DNA from: Planctomycetota bacterium
GTDB taxonomy: Bacteria > Planctomycetota > UBA11346
Reading direction: 5' to 3'
DNA length: 64,000 bases
Assembly (NCBI GenBank): GCA_038213805.1
Contig: JBBQSO010000006.1
Span: forward strand, 32,001-96,000
Position 1 is the first letter of the stretch. Every line of letters starts with the position of its first letter. The translations under genes were made by a program, and so were the position numbers. Positions 50,796 to 60,833 of this stretch are shown one piece after another. The notes beneath the pieces were generated by a model, which saw only the letters and a program-made list of their open reading frames with translations, did not search any database and was not told where the DNA came from.

Positions 50796-50879
50796 CTAGA
50801 CCCTAGACCCTAGACCCTAGACCCTAGACCCTAGACCCTAGTGAACCGGCTGTCGCCTCAGGCCGGTATCTAGGGTCTA
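50796..50879. repeat. (CTAGACC)x6.5 at 50796-50841 with inverted partner TCTAGGGTCTA at 50869-50879
   Basis: Read directly. Confidence 0.93.
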
Positions 50880-50889
50880 AATTCTGAGG

Positions 50890-51741
50890 TCACCCGTTGA
50901 TGATGGTGAAGAACACCTCCGCCTTGCCCAATTCCTTCTCCGTTGCCGCGAACAGCGCGCCCAAGTCGGATTCCTGCAGGCCGACCATGCGCATCGCGCG
51001 CGGGTCGAGGATTGGCATCGCCTGGTCGCCGCCGTTGCCGATCAGCATGGCGCGCGCGATGATGTCGGCGATGTGCACGCAGGCGGCCCACGGCTGGTGC
51101 TCGCCCTCGGCCTGATCAAGGTCGTGGTGCGCGCCGATCGCGGCGCGGTACTCGTAGGGCAGTGACCAGTGCTCGCACAGGAAGCGGCCGACCGCAGCGT
51201 GGTCGCAGCCCAGCTCGGCGATCTCCGCCTGGCGGATCAGGCCGCCGTCGCGCGCCACGCGCGCCCGCACCAGCGCGTACTCCTCCGGCAGGTGCTCGGC
51301 CAGGGCGAGCTTGCCAAGGTCGTGAAGCAGGCCGAGCACGAAGGCGTCATCGCCGCGTCCCAGGCTGCCCAACCGCGCCACCGCGCGCGCCGCGCAGGCC
51401 GCGCCCAGTGCGTGCAACCAGAAGCCGCGCGCCTGGGTGACGGCGAAGGCCGAGAAGATCGAGGCCTTGAGCACGATCGCACGCACCGTGCCCAGGCCGA
51501 GCAGCACCACCGCGTGTTCCGGGCTGCGCACCGCCTCGCGCGGCGCGTAGAATGCACTGTTGGCCAGGCGCAGCACGCGCGCCGTCAGCGCCTGGTCGTG
51601 GCCGAGCAGGCGCGCGATCTCGCCCGAACTCGCCGAATCGTGGGTGATGCGCCGCGTCACCGCCCCCACCACCATGGGCAGCGCCGGCAGCGACTGGATC
51701 AGGCGCAGGCGATCCAGGACGGTGGATTCGCCGAGGGTCAA
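50890..51741 (-). CDS. HDOD domain protein
   Basis: LPALP, DQALTARVLRLANSAFY, FWLHA, GLLHDLGK, DHAAVG..L.EHWSLP; TTG start with GGAGG, overlapping the upstream stop. Confidence 0.9.
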   Translation of the reverse strand: MTLGESTVLDRLRLIQSLPALPMVVGAVTRRITHDSASSGEIARLLGHDQALTARVLRLANSAFYAPREAVRSPEHAVVLLGLGTVRAIVLKASIFSAFAVTQARGFWLHALGAACAARAVARLGSLGRGDDAFVLGLLHDLGKLALAEHLPEEYALVRARVARDGGLIRQAEIAELGCDHAAVGRFLCEHWSLPYEYRAAIGAHHDLDQAEGEHQPWAACVHIADIIARAMLIGNGGDQAMPILDPRAMRMVGLQESDLGALFAATEKELGKAEVFFTIING

Positions 51742-52094
51742 TGGTCCTCCCGATCGCTCAGCCGGTAGCGCCGGTAGCAGTCCGAGGCGTGCCCGAGCGC
51801 GCCCAGGAAGAGGTTCTGCATGGTGCGATTGACCATGGCGGCGGCGAACACGCCCTGCAGACGCGCGGCGAAGTCCGGGCCATAGCGGTCGAGATACTCG
51901 GGGACGGTCGGGTCGGGCACCGGACTGCCCGGCGGCACCACCCACAGTTCGTGCAGGCCCTGCTCGCGCAGCCGCCCAATCAACTCGTCGGTCAGCGCCA
52001 GGCCCGGGCGCGCCAGCACGCCGCCGTCGAGGGTGCGCGCCGGGCGGGCCAGGATCATGCCGGGGATGACGTCACCGAGCCGCAGACAGCGCAT
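51738..52094 (-). CDS. Small protein resembling the N-terminal accessory domain of HD-GYP proteins
   Basis: PGMILAR...GGVLARPGLALT..LIGRL..QGL. Confidence 0.65.
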   Translation of the reverse strand: MRCLRLGDVIPGMILARPARTLDGGVLARPGLALTDELIGRLREQGLHELWVVPPGSPVPDPTVPEYLDRYGPDFAARLQGVFAAAMVNRTMQNLFLGALGHASDCYRRYRLSDREDH

Positions 52095-52204
52095 GCGTGA
52101 TGATACGCCGAGGACGGTCCGCCGCCAACCGCCGCCACCAACATGCCGGGTGCTCCTGCATTGCCCCTTGGTTAGCCCGCTCGCGAACCTATATTCCCGC
52201 CGCC

Positions 52205-52873
52205 ATGGACAACACCGGCAAGATCTACCTCGGGAACCTCGGTCGCGTACCGCTCTATGCCTCATTCGAGGCGATATTCCTGGTCGTTTTCGTTTTCTAT
52301 CAATGGCAGGGCATGCCGCGGGCCTACCAGTCCGGCGCATACTTCATCTGTCTCATCCTGATCTTCCTGCTCACTATCGTCCTGCACGAGTTGGCCCATG
52401 CGTTGGCGGCGTTGTCCCGCGGCATGTCCGGGGTTACGATCACCATCGGGGCACTTGGCGGCTACTGCTCTTACGTCGGGGTGCCCCAACCGGCCCGGCA
52501 GTTCATGATCAGCTGCGCCGGACCGCTGACCAACCTGCTCATCGCCTATGGATTCTATCTGCTCGCCCGCGCCGATTTCAGTAGCGACCTGTTGCGCTTC
52601 TTCGTTGAACAGATGTTCTTTTGGAACCTGGTGCTCGGCATCCTCAATCTGCTACCGATATACCCACTCGATGGTGGGCAGATGCTGCTCGCGTTGAGCG
52701 AGCTTGGGCTGGCCAAGCGCTCCGCGCGCCACCTGACCCTGTGCGTCAGCCTGCTCGTGGGGGTCGGCCTCATCATCTATGCGCTGAGCCCGTTCAACCA
52801 CTACGTGGGTACCCTAACCATCGTGTTGATCATCTCGCTGCTCTTCGCCGCCTTCCGGGACCTCCGCTCGTGA
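52205..52873 (+). CDS. Site-2 protease (peptidase M50)
   Basis: HELAH, AGPLTN, NLLPIYPLDGG. Confidence 0.93.
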   Translation: MDNTGKIYLGNLGRVPLYASFEAIFLVVFVFYQWQGMPRAYQSGAYFICLILIFLLTIVLHELAHALAALSRGMSGVTITIGALGGYCSYVGVPQPARQFMISCAGPLTNLLIAYGFYLLARADFSSDLLRFFVEQMFFWNLVLGILNLLPIYPLDGGQMLLALSELGLAKRSARHLTLCVSLLVGVGLIIYALSPFNHYVGTLTIVLIISLLFAAFRDLRS

Positions 52874-53856
52874 CCCGCGTCCTCTCCGGCGTCCAACCCT
52901 CCGGCCAGCTTCACCTCGGCAACTACGCGGGCGCGATCCGCCAGTTCCTCGATCTGCAGGCGCAGGGTCACGAACTTTACGTGTTCGTGGCGTCCTACCA
53001 TGCACTGACCTCGGCGCGCGACCCCGTGGTGCTGCGCGCCAGCATCCGCCAGATCGTCATCGACTATCTGGCCTTCGGCCTCGACCCGGCGAAGACCCAT
53101 ATCTACCTGCAGCAGGCCGTGCCCGAGGTCACCGAACTGGCGTGGCTGCTCGCCTGCGTCTGCCCGATGTCGTGGATGGAAAAGGCGGTCAGCTATAAGG
53201 ACAAGCTCGCCAAGGGCATCTCCGCAAACGTCGGCCTGTTCACCTATCCGATCCTGCAGGCCGCCGACATCCTCGCCGTCGATGCCGAACTGGTGCCGGT
53301 CGGCAAGGACCAGGTCCAGCACCTGGAACTCGCCCGCGACCTCGCCGCGCGCTTCAACGAGGAATACCAGTCCGCGGTCTTCACCTTGCCCGCCTACCGC
53401 CTCGCCCCCGACGCCGCCCTGCTGCCCGGCATCGACGGCGAGAAGATGTCCAAGAGCTACGGCAACACCATCGACCCCTTCCAGGACGAGAAGGCGCTGC
53501 GCAAGCGCATCATGGCGATCAAGACCGACTCCAAGGGCGTGAACGACGCCAAGGACCCGGACGCCGACAACACTTTCCAGATCTTCCGCGCCATCGCCGG
53601 CAAGGACGATCCCCGCACCGTGGCCCTGGCCGAGCGCTACCGCGATCCGGGCGCCGCTGGCTTCGGTTACGGCCACGCCAAGCAGGCGCTGTTCGAGCTG
53701 CTGCTCGACCATTTCGGACCGGCCCGTGCGCGCCGCGCCGCGCTGATGGACCGCACCGCCTACATCGACGAGGTACTCGCCCAGGGCGCCGTCGCGGCGC
53801 GCACCCGGGCCCGCGCAGTGGTCACCCGCGCCCGCGCGGCTGCCGGCCTGGACTGA
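52870..53856 (+). CDS. trpS: Tryptophanyl-tRNA synthetase
   Basis: SGVQPSGQLHLGNY, YPILQAADIL, VPVGKDQVQH, KMSKS; GTGA overlap with the upstream gene. Confidence 0.98.
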   Translation: MTRVLSGVQPSGQLHLGNYAGAIRQFLDLQAQGHELYVFVASYHALTSARDPVVLRASIRQIVIDYLAFGLDPAKTHIYLQQAVPEVTELAWLLACVCPMSWMEKAVSYKDKLAKGISANVGLFTYPILQAADILAVDAELVPVGKDQVQHLELARDLAARFNEEYQSAVFTLPAYRLAPDAALLPGIDGEKMSKSYGNTIDPFQDEKALRKRIMAIKTDSKGVNDAKDPDADNTFQIFRAIAGKDDPRTVALAERYRDPGAAGFGYGHAKQALFELLLDHFGPARARRAALMDRTAYIDEVLAQGAVAARTRARAVVTRARAAAGLD

Positions 53857-53878
53857 AAGCCGATCTCCGGCGATTTGT

Positions 53879-54011
53879 ACCGCCAAGACGCCAAGACGCC
53901 GAGACCACGACCAAGGGATTTGGAGAGCCTTGGGCGTGGGCATGGTCTTCGCCGATCCGGCCGAATTCCGCGTGATCGCTGCGGATCTTGGTGTCTTGGC
54001 GGCTTCGCGGC
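53879..54011. repeat. Octamer-based inverted-repeat element (CGCCAAGA)n ... (TCTTGGCG)n
   Basis: 26-bp arms at 53879-53904 and 53986-54011, 5 mismatches. Confidence 0.8.
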
Positions 54012-54159
54012 TAAAACCGTCGAAGGCACCCCGCCGGCTGCTGTCCGCTGCGCCACTCACGAGCCGTCCCTGACGCTGGCGCGCGCGTCTGGCGCGGCTA
54101 GAAAGTTGCGCCCGCCCCCTCGGCCCGGGGGTCGGGGCGCAGCGCCCAAGGAACGGACC

Positions 54160-56424
54160 ATGAGCATCATGACCAGCACCGCCGCCCACCACCGTTGGAC
54201 GTTCTTCCGCGCCGGCGGTCTCGATCAGGTCCAGCTCACCACCAGCGCCGATCTGCGCGCCCTGCACACCCTCGACCAGAAGCTGTGGGTCGCGCTGTCC
54301 TGCCCGGTCAAGGGCCTGCAGATCGACCCGCGCACCCTGTCCATGCTCGACACCGACCATGACGTGCGCGTGCGCGTCACCGAGGTCATCGCCGCGGTCA
54401 AGTGGACCTGCGAGATGCTCAAGGAACCCGGCTATATCTTTCAGCAACGCGCGTCCCTGCCCCTGAGCGAGATCAACGACGCCAGCGAGGGTGGCCGCAA
54501 GGTTCTCGCCGCCGCGCACCAGCTGCTCGCCAACCTCGGCAAGCCCGAAGCCACGGCGGTCTCGATCGAGGACATCACCGATACCACCAAGCTCTTCATC
54601 AACACCACCTTCAACGGCGACGGCGTGGTCATCATCGACGCGGCGACTGAACCCTCGCTGCGCCAGGTGCTGCTCGACATCATCACCCTGTTCGGCGAAG
54701 TGAAGGACCGCAGCGGCAAGGCGGGCGTCGACAAGCTCAAGGCCGACACCTTCTTCACCGAGTGCGAGGCCTACCACGCCTGGCTCGAGAGCGGCGCGCA
54801 GGTCCAGCTGCTGGGCGAGGCCAGCGCCGTCGCTTACTTCACCTTCAGCATCATGAAGGGCAAGATCACTGATTACTTCCAGCGCTGCCGCCTGGTCGCC
54901 TACGACCCCCGCGCCGCCGTCGCCCTCAACCGCGCCGAGGAGGACTACCTGCTGTTCGCGGCCAAGGATCTCTCTCTCGACCCGCACGAGGTGGTCGGCC
55001 TGCCGCTGCAGCGCATCGATCCGAACAAGCCGATCGAGCTGCTCAAGCCCGTGAATCCGGTGTGGGCAGACAAGCTCCAGGCCTTCAGCGTGCAGGTCAT
55101 CGCGCCGCTGCTTGGCACTGGCCGGACCACCCTCAGCGACGCGGACTGGGCCGAGATCTGCCGGCGCTTCGCGCCGTACGAGGCCTGGCAGGCGGCACGC
55201 AAGCCGACCACCGTCGAGTGGCTCGGCGACGCGCGCATCCGCGCCATCATCGCCGGCGGGCTCAAGCAGCAGGTCGCCGAGCTCATCGCCAAGGACCTCG
55301 AGGTCCAGGTCCACGTCGAAGGCTTCGATCAGGTCGAACGCCTGGTCCGCTACTACCGCGATCTCGGCCTGCTGCTGCGCAACTACGTCAACTTTGCCGA
55401 CTTCTACAACCCGCGCGTGCCCGCGGTCTTCCAGGGTGGCACCCTGTATCTCGACCAGCGCAGCTGCACGCTGTGCATCCAGGTCGACGATCCGGCGGCG
55501 CACGTGGTGCTCGGCGGTCTGGGCAAGGTCTACATCGCCTACTGCGCCTGCTCGCGCTCCAGCGGCGAGAAGATGAATATCGCCGCCTGCTTCACCCAGG
55601 GCGATTCCGATTACCTGATGGTTGGCCGCAACGGCGTGTTCTACGACCGCCAGGGCAAGGACTGGGACGCGACCATCACCAAGATCATCGATAACCCGAT
55701 CAGCATCCGCCAGGCCTTCTGGTCGCCCTACAAGAAGTTCGTGCGCTTCATCGAACAGCAGGTCGCCAAGCGCGCCGCCGCCGCCGATGACGCTGCGAAC
55801 GCGCGCCTGGAGGGCGCGGCGACCACCGTCGCCGCGCCGCCGCCCGGCAAGCCGGCCGCGGCTCCGAAGCCCTCCTTCGACGTCGGCACCATCGCTGCCC
55901 TCGGCGTCGGCCTCGGCGCCATCGGTGGGATCATCGGCGGCTTCATCTCAGGATTCCTCGGCCTCAAGATGCTGATGCCGCTCGGCATCTTCGGTCTGAT
56001 GCTGCTGATCTCCGGGCCGGCGATGGTCATCGCCTGGCTCAAGCTGCGCCAGCGCACCCTCGGCCCGATTCTGGAAGGAAACGGCTGGGCGATCAACGGC
56101 CGCGTCAAGATCAACCTGCCGCTCGGCGCGGCGCTCACCGGCATCAAGCAGCTGCCGCCCGGCTCAACGCGCCTGCTCAAGGACCCCTTCGTCGATTACG
56201 CCGCGCTGCGTCGCCGTTGGGCGATCTCGATCCTGATTGGCGCTCTCCTCGCCACCGTGGTCTGGTGGCAGTGGGGCTGGCTGGTGAGGCAGTGGAACGC
56301 GGCGATGACGCCGGATACGGTCATCGACACCAAGACCAAGATCCCCGCCGATGGCACCGCGGTGACCACCTCGACGTCGATCACGCAACCAGCGGTGCCG
56401 GCGCCCGCTCCGGCCGCGAAATGA
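54160..56424 (+). CDS. Uncharacterised protein with EF-hand-like loop and C-terminal TM helices
   Basis: AAGGA RBS; WTFFRAGGLDQV, DTDHDVRVRVTE, VGRNGVFYDR; three hydrophobic helices near the C-terminus. Confidence 0.8.
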   Translation: MSIMTSTAAHHRWTFFRAGGLDQVQLTTSADLRALHTLDQKLWVALSCPVKGLQIDPRTLSMLDTDHDVRVRVTEVIAAVKWTCEMLKEPGYIFQQRASLPLSEINDASEGGRKVLAAAHQLLANLGKPEATAVSIEDITDTTKLFINTTFNGDGVVIIDAATEPSLRQVLLDIITLFGEVKDRSGKAGVDKLKADTFFTECEAYHAWLESGAQVQLLGEASAVAYFTFSIMKGKITDYFQRCRLVAYDPRAAVALNRAEEDYLLFAAKDLSLDPHEVVGLPLQRIDPNKPIELLKPVNPVWADKLQAFSVQVIAPLLGTGRTTLSDADWAEICRRFAPYEAWQAARKPTTVEWLGDARIRAIIAGGLKQQVAELIAKDLEVQVHVEGFDQVERLVRYYRDLGLLLRNYVNFADFYNPRVPAVFQGGTLYLDQRSCTLCIQVDDPAAHVVLGGLGKVYIAYCACSRSSGEKMNIAACFTQGDSDYLMVGRNGVFYDRQGKDWDATITKIIDNPISIRQAFWSPYKKFVRFIEQQVAKRAAAADDAANARLEGAATTVAAPPPGKPAAAPKPSFDVGTIAALGVGLGAIGGIIGGFISGFLGLKMLMPLGIFGLMLLISGPAMVIAWLKLRQRTLGPILEGNGWAINGRVKINLPLGAALTGIKQLPPGSTRLLKDPFVDYAALRRRWAISILIGALLATVVWWQWGWLVRQWNAAMTPDTVIDTKTKIPADGTAVTTSTSITQPAVPAPAPAAK

Positions 56425-56870
56425 CTCGTCCCGTTCCGGATTTCACGCTCGCTGGCGGCGACGGCATCCCGGTGCGCCTCTCGGACCTGTGGGCCCAGGG
56501 CCCGGTGCTGCTGGTCTTCTACCCCGGTGACGACACCGCGGTGTGCACCGCCCAGCTCTGCGAGTACCGCGACCGCTGGGCGGATTTCCGCGCCGCCGGC
56601 GTGCAGGTGGTGGGCATCAATCCCGCCTCGACCGCGCGCCACCTGCGCTTCGCGACCCGCCACCGTTTCCCGTTCGCCGTGCTGTCGGATCCTGACCAGG
56701 CCTGCAGCAAGGCCTACGGCGCCAAGGCCTGGTACGGCACGCGCCGCGTCACCGTACTGATCGCCAAGGGCGGCCACGAGGTGTGGCGCCGCGCGACTTG
56801 GCCGTTCCTGCGCCCGCGGGCGGATGAGTTGCTGGGGGCGGTGCGCAACCTCACGCCGGCGGGGCGCTAG
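56421..56870 (+). CDS. bcp: Peroxiredoxin (BCP/PrxQ family)
   Basis: PDFTL, VFYPGDDTAVCT, LSDPD; ATGA overlap with the upstream gene. Confidence 0.88.
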   Translation: MTRPVPDFTLAGGDGIPVRLSDLWAQGPVLLVFYPGDDTAVCTAQLCEYRDRWADFRAAGVQVVGINPASTARHLRFATRHRFPFAVLSDPDQACSKAYGAKAWYGTRRVTVLIAKGGHEVWRRATWPFLRPRADELLGAVRNLTPAGR

Positions 56871-56875
56871 AGAGA

Positions 56876-57092
56876 GGATAAAACAGGAGGCGCGGAGGCG
56901 CGGAGAACGGATGAGGGGGCAGGGACTGGTTCGAGGTCTCCCACAGGCGCTGCACGTGTGCAGGACACATGTCCTCGAGTTCGCACTGGCGGTACCGGCC
57001 TGGCCTCCTGGGGGCGCGCTCCGGGGTCATGAAATCCGGCCTTCACGCCGTCCTCTTCCCGCCTCCGCGTCTCCGCGCCTCCTATTTTACCC
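56876..57092. repeat. Octamer-based inverted-repeat element (GGAGGCGC)n ... (GCGCCTCC)n
   Basis: 30-bp arms GGATAAAACAGGAGGCGCGGAGGCGCGGAG and CTCCGCGTCTCCGCGCCTCCTATTTTACCC, 3 mismatches. Confidence 0.85.
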
Positions 57093-57101
57093 CGCTGTCT
57101 C

Positions 57102-59042
57102 TCAGGCCCGCGCCGCCGCCAGCGCCTTGGCAGTGCCGGTACGCTGCGTCATCAGCGACACCACCACCAGCACCAGGAAGGAGAGGGGAACGGTGACGAT
57201 CGCTGGCTGGCTGAAGGGCACCCATGCGTACATGGCAGCTTCCGCCTTGGTGAAGTGATAGACTTTTTCCAGGGCATCCGTGCTGGCCAACACCCAGCCC
57301 AGCGAGGTGACCATGCCAACGACGATCGACCAAGTGATGCCCTGCTTGGTGGTTCCGCGCCAGAACAGCAGCATAACCAGTGCCGGCAGGTTGGCCGAGG
57401 CGGCGATGTTGAAGGCCCAACCGACCAGGAAGCCGGGGTTCATGTCCTTGAAGGCGATGCCGAGCAGGATGGCGATGATGCCGACTACCACTGCGCTGAG
57501 CTTGGCGATGCGCACTTGGCGGCCGTCCGTCATCTCAATCTTGAGCACGTTGGTGCAGATGTCGTGGGCGACCGCGCCGCTCGCCGCCATGATCAGGCCG
57601 CTGACCGTGCCGAGCACGGTGGTGAAGGCGACCGCGGAGATGACGGCAAAGAGGAAGTTGTTGAAACCACGCGCCAGAAGCGGCGCGGTCATGTTGGGAT
57701 CAGTGGGATCGAGCGACCCGCTGGCCATCGCCCCCAAGCCCATGTACAGGGTGAGGATGTAGAAGAAGCCGATCGCCGCGATGCCGACGATGGTCGACTT
57801 GCGTGCGCTGGCCTGGTCCTTGACCGTGTAGTAGCGGATGAGGATGTGCGGCAGCGAGGCGGTGCCCAGGAACAGCGCGAGCATCAGCGAAAGGAAGTTG
57901 ACCTTGGCCTTCCACTCGTCCTTGCGAAGTCCGGCGAACATGCCGCCGCCAGGGCGCAGGACGTCGGCGCCGAGAGTCGGCACCTGGTAGTAGACGGTGG
58001 TCTCGGCGCCTGCGATGGCCTCGCTCTTCCATAACACCACTTCGCTCCGGCCAAGGACGTCGAAGAACGCCAGCGGATTGAGCGGGCCGGTCGAGTCCTT
58101 GCCGTCAGGGAGGTGGCTGATCGTGCCAACGGGGAAGATGTCGTTGACGCCCAGGACAAACGGGCGGCCATTGATCAGCTTGGTGGCACCCTTGGCCTGA
58201 GGGGCGTAGACGACCTGGGTTTCAGAGAGCAGATCGCCTTCGTGGTCCTTCGGGCCGCTCTTGCGCCACACCGCGACCACATCGTCGGCACCCTTGAGGC
58301 GCACGTAAGGCAAGCCTTTCCATCCCGTTTCGTCGTCTGGAATCACGGTCGTCCCGGCTGCGCCGGTGATCTCCGCCGCCGGCACCTTGGCTCGGAAGGC
58401 GTGCGCGCCCTCGGCCGTCTTGGTGGTCAGGCCGCGCATCAGGATCATAACCGTCAGGATGGTGCAGAGCAGGACCAGCAGCCCACCCTTGATGAACTGC
58501 ACCCAGGTGGTCGAGACCATGCCCGCGGAGGCGACGATCAGCACCACCACGGCGCCCACCGCGGTCACGCCCTGCCAGTGCTCCCAATTGAGCAGCGGAT
58601 GGATCAGCGAGCCGGCGCCGACCATCTGGGGAATTAGGTAGAAGATGCTCACCACCAACGTGCTGACCGCCGCAGCGAGCTTGATGCCGCGCGAATTGAA
58701 GCGGTTGTCAAGGGCATCCGCGAAGGTGAAGCGGCCGAGGCGCTTGAGCGGCTCGGCGACCACGAACAGCGCCACCACCCAGCCGGCGAGGAAACCGATC
58801 GAGTAGAGGAAGCCATCATAGCCGGTGGTAGCGATCAGTCCGCAGATGCCGAGGAAGGATGCGGCCGAGAGGTAGTCGCCGGCGAAGGCGATGCCGTTGA
58901 CGAACCACGGGATGTTGCCACCGGCGGCAAAGAAGCCGCGCGACGACTTGGCTTTTGCGCCCATCCAGAAACTGATGCCCAGGACGAAGCCGACGAAGGA
59001 CAGGAAGATCGCCAGCGTCAGATAGGAGAAGGGAAAATGCAT
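57102..59042 (-). CDS. actP: Cation/acetate symporter (SSS family)
   Basis: NGIAFAGDYLSAASFLG, YLIPQMVGAG, TTWVQFIK, GTASLPHILIRYYTV, AASANLP. Confidence 0.9.
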   Translation of the reverse strand: MHFPFSYLTLAIFLSFVGFVLGISFWMGAKAKSSRGFFAAGGNIPWFVNGIAFAGDYLSAASFLGICGLIATTGYDGFLYSIGFLAGWVVALFVVAEPLKRLGRFTFADALDNRFNSRGIKLAAAVSTLVVSIFYLIPQMVGAGSLIHPLLNWEHWQGVTAVGAVVVLIVASAGMVSTTWVQFIKGGLLVLLCTILTVMILMRGLTTKTAEGAHAFRAKVPAAEITGAAGTTVIPDDETGWKGLPYVRLKGADDVVAVWRKSGPKDHEGDLLSETQVVYAPQAKGATKLINGRPFVLGVNDIFPVGTISHLPDGKDSTGPLNPLAFFDVLGRSEVVLWKSEAIAGAETTVYYQVPTLGADVLRPGGGMFAGLRKDEWKAKVNFLSLMLALFLGTASLPHILIRYYTVKDQASARKSTIVGIAAIGFFYILTLYMGLGAMASGSLDPTDPNMTAPLLARGFNNFLFAVISAVAFTTVLGTVSGLIMAASGAVAHDICTNVLKIEMTDGRQVRIAKLSAVVVGIIAILLGIAFKDMNPGFLVGWAFNIAASANLPALVMLLFWRGTTKQGITWSIVVGMVTSLGWVLASTDALEKVYHFTKAEAAMYAWVPFSQPAIVTVPLSFLVLVVVSLMTQRTGTAKALAAARA

Positions 59043-59043
59043 T

Positions 59044-59310
59044 TCAGACCTTCTCCCCGGCGTGGCGGCAGTTGCGCAGGTAGATGATCGCCAGGATCAG
59101 CGCATTAACGATCAGCGAGAACCCGTAGATGATCGCCAGGTTGACCCCACCGAAGGGCCGCGTGGCCATGATCGCCGGGAAGTAGGTGCTCAGCACCACG
59201 AAGCCCACGTAGAGGGCGAGGTAGACCGCGAACAATCCCAGGCCGAGCCGGGTGTTGTGCGCAACGATCTCGGGCTGCTCATCCTCGCGCTGATTCTCGT
59301 GGTCGTGCAT
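59044..59310 (-). CDS. DUF485 (YjcH-like) small membrane protein
   Basis: Two TM helices; immediately upstream of actP. Confidence 0.85.
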   Translation of the reverse strand: MHDHENQREDEQPEIVAHNTRLGLGLFAVYLALYVGFVVLSTYFPAIMATRPFGGVNLAIIYGFSLIVNALILAIIYLRNCRHAGEKV

Positions 59311-59518
59311 GGCGGCTCCGGGTGGGGCCTGCTGCGGGCGTTCCACCGACGGGTGGGCGGCCGTGCGGGCAGGAGGACGCCGACTTCTAGTATGGGAGCC
59401 GCTGAACACAACGACCGGAAGAGACCGCTGCCCAGGGTTCCCCGGACGGACATGGGGAAGCCCCCGTTCCAGGCATGTGAACGATGCGTCATTCGCAAGC
59501 GTGCGCGGACGGGTCGAT

Positions 59519-60643
59519 TCAGCCCGGGATGATGGCCGCCGCGAATGCCGCCTCGACCAGCGCCGCCGCCGGCGCCTCGTGCATCACCACGCTGCCGAGC
59601 GCGGTCGGCAGCACGAAGCGCGTGCGTCCGGCGGCGACCTTCTTGTCCAGAGCGCAGTGTCCAGCCAGCCGCATGGCGAGCGCCGCAGCGTCGCCAGCCG
59701 CGCGGTGCGCAAGCGGCAGGCGGTAGCGCGCGAGCAGGGCGTCCTGCCGTACGCCCAGACCATCGTCGCCAAGCAGCCCCAGGGCGCGCGCCAAGTGTTC
59801 AGCCATGCGCATGCCGATGGCCACCACCTCGCCATGGAGGTAGATCTTGTAGGCGGTCTCGCGCTCCAGCGCGTGGCCGAAAGTGTGGCCGTAATTGAGG
59901 TGCGCACGCACGCCTTGCTCGGTCTCATCCTCGGCCACGTACCAGGCTTTGATGCGGCAGCTCACCGCCACCGCCTCGGCAACCGCGGCGGCTTCGCCGG
60001 CGGCGAGGGCCTCGGCGTGCGCCTCCTGCCAGGCGAAGAAGGCGGGATCGCGGATCACCCCGTACTTCAGCACCTCCGCCAGACCGGCGCGGTACTCGCG
60101 CCCGTCCATGGTCGCGATCACGCTCGGATCGATCAGCACGCAGGCCGGCTGCTTGAACGCGCCGACCAGGTTCTTGCCCGCTGAGCTGTTGACCCCGGTC
60201 TTGCCGCCGACGCTGGAATCGACCATGGCGAGCAGCGTCGTCGGGATCTGCACGAAGCGCACGCCACGCATCCAGCAGCCGGCGACGAAGCCGGCGAGAT
60301 CGCCGCTGACTCCGCCGCCGAGCGCGACGATCGCATCCAGGCGGTCGACGCGGTGGCGCGCGCAGGCTTCCCACAGGCGTGCGGCCGTGTCCAGGGTCTT
60401 GCTCGGCTCGCCGGCCGGGAAGGTCGTCACGTCGGCACGGATACCGGCTTCCGCCAAGGCCGCGATCAAGCGTGCGCCGTGCAGACGCGCCACCGTCTCA
60501 TCCGCCACCACCAGCACGTGGTCGCTGGCCAGATGCGGACGGATCACCGCTCCTGCGCGGTCGAGCAGGCCGGGCGCGATGGTGATGGGATAGCTGCGTT
60601 CGCCGAGGGCGACGTCGATGCGCAGAGGGTCGCTGGGGGTCAC
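59519..60643 (-). CDS. aroB: 3-dehydroquinate synthase
   Basis: GEPSK, LGGGVSGDLAGF, PTTLLAMVDSSVGGKTG, LNYGHTFGHA, HGE; GTG start assumed. Confidence 0.97.
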   Translation of the reverse strand: MTPSDPLRIDVALGERSYPITIAPGLLDRAGAVIRPHLASDHVLVVADETVARLHGARLIAALAEAGIRADVTTFPAGEPSKTLDTAARLWEACARHRVDRLDAIVALGGGVSGDLAGFVAGCWMRGVRFVQIPTTLLAMVDSSVGGKTGVNSSAGKNLVGAFKQPACVLIDPSVIATMDGREYRAGLAEVLKYGVIRDPAFFAWQEAHAEALAAGEAAAVAEAVAVSCRIKAWYVAEDETEQGVRAHLNYGHTFGHALERETAYKIYLHGEVVAIGMRMAEHLARALGLLGDDGLGVRQDALLARYRLPLAHRAAGDAAALAMRLAGHCALDKKVAAGRTRFVLPTALGSVVMHEAPAAALVEAAFAAAIIPG

Positions 60644-60783
60644 GCCGGGAACCTTGCCAGGGCATGGGCGGTAATCCATTGGGAGGGGTGGCTCCGCCGG
60701 CGCGAGGCAGGCCGTGGCGCAGGCCACGATCGCTCGCCGTCGATGCCGCGTTTCCTGAGTGGATTGCGCGCGGAATCGGGACC

Positions 60784-60815
60784 TTGCTAATTAGTAAACT
60801 ATAGATAACAAATGA
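60784..60815. promoter_or_regulatory. AT-rich promoter patch with TAGT-AA-ACTA dyad
   Basis: Conspicuously AT-rich segment between divergent aroB and ceramidase-like genes. Confidence 0.4.
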
Positions 60816-60833
60816 ATCCCACCGGAGCCACCC

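Noticed and set aside
52205..53856. Site-2 protease-trpS coupling as a novelty
   Set aside because: A gene pairing I recall as common in bacteria.
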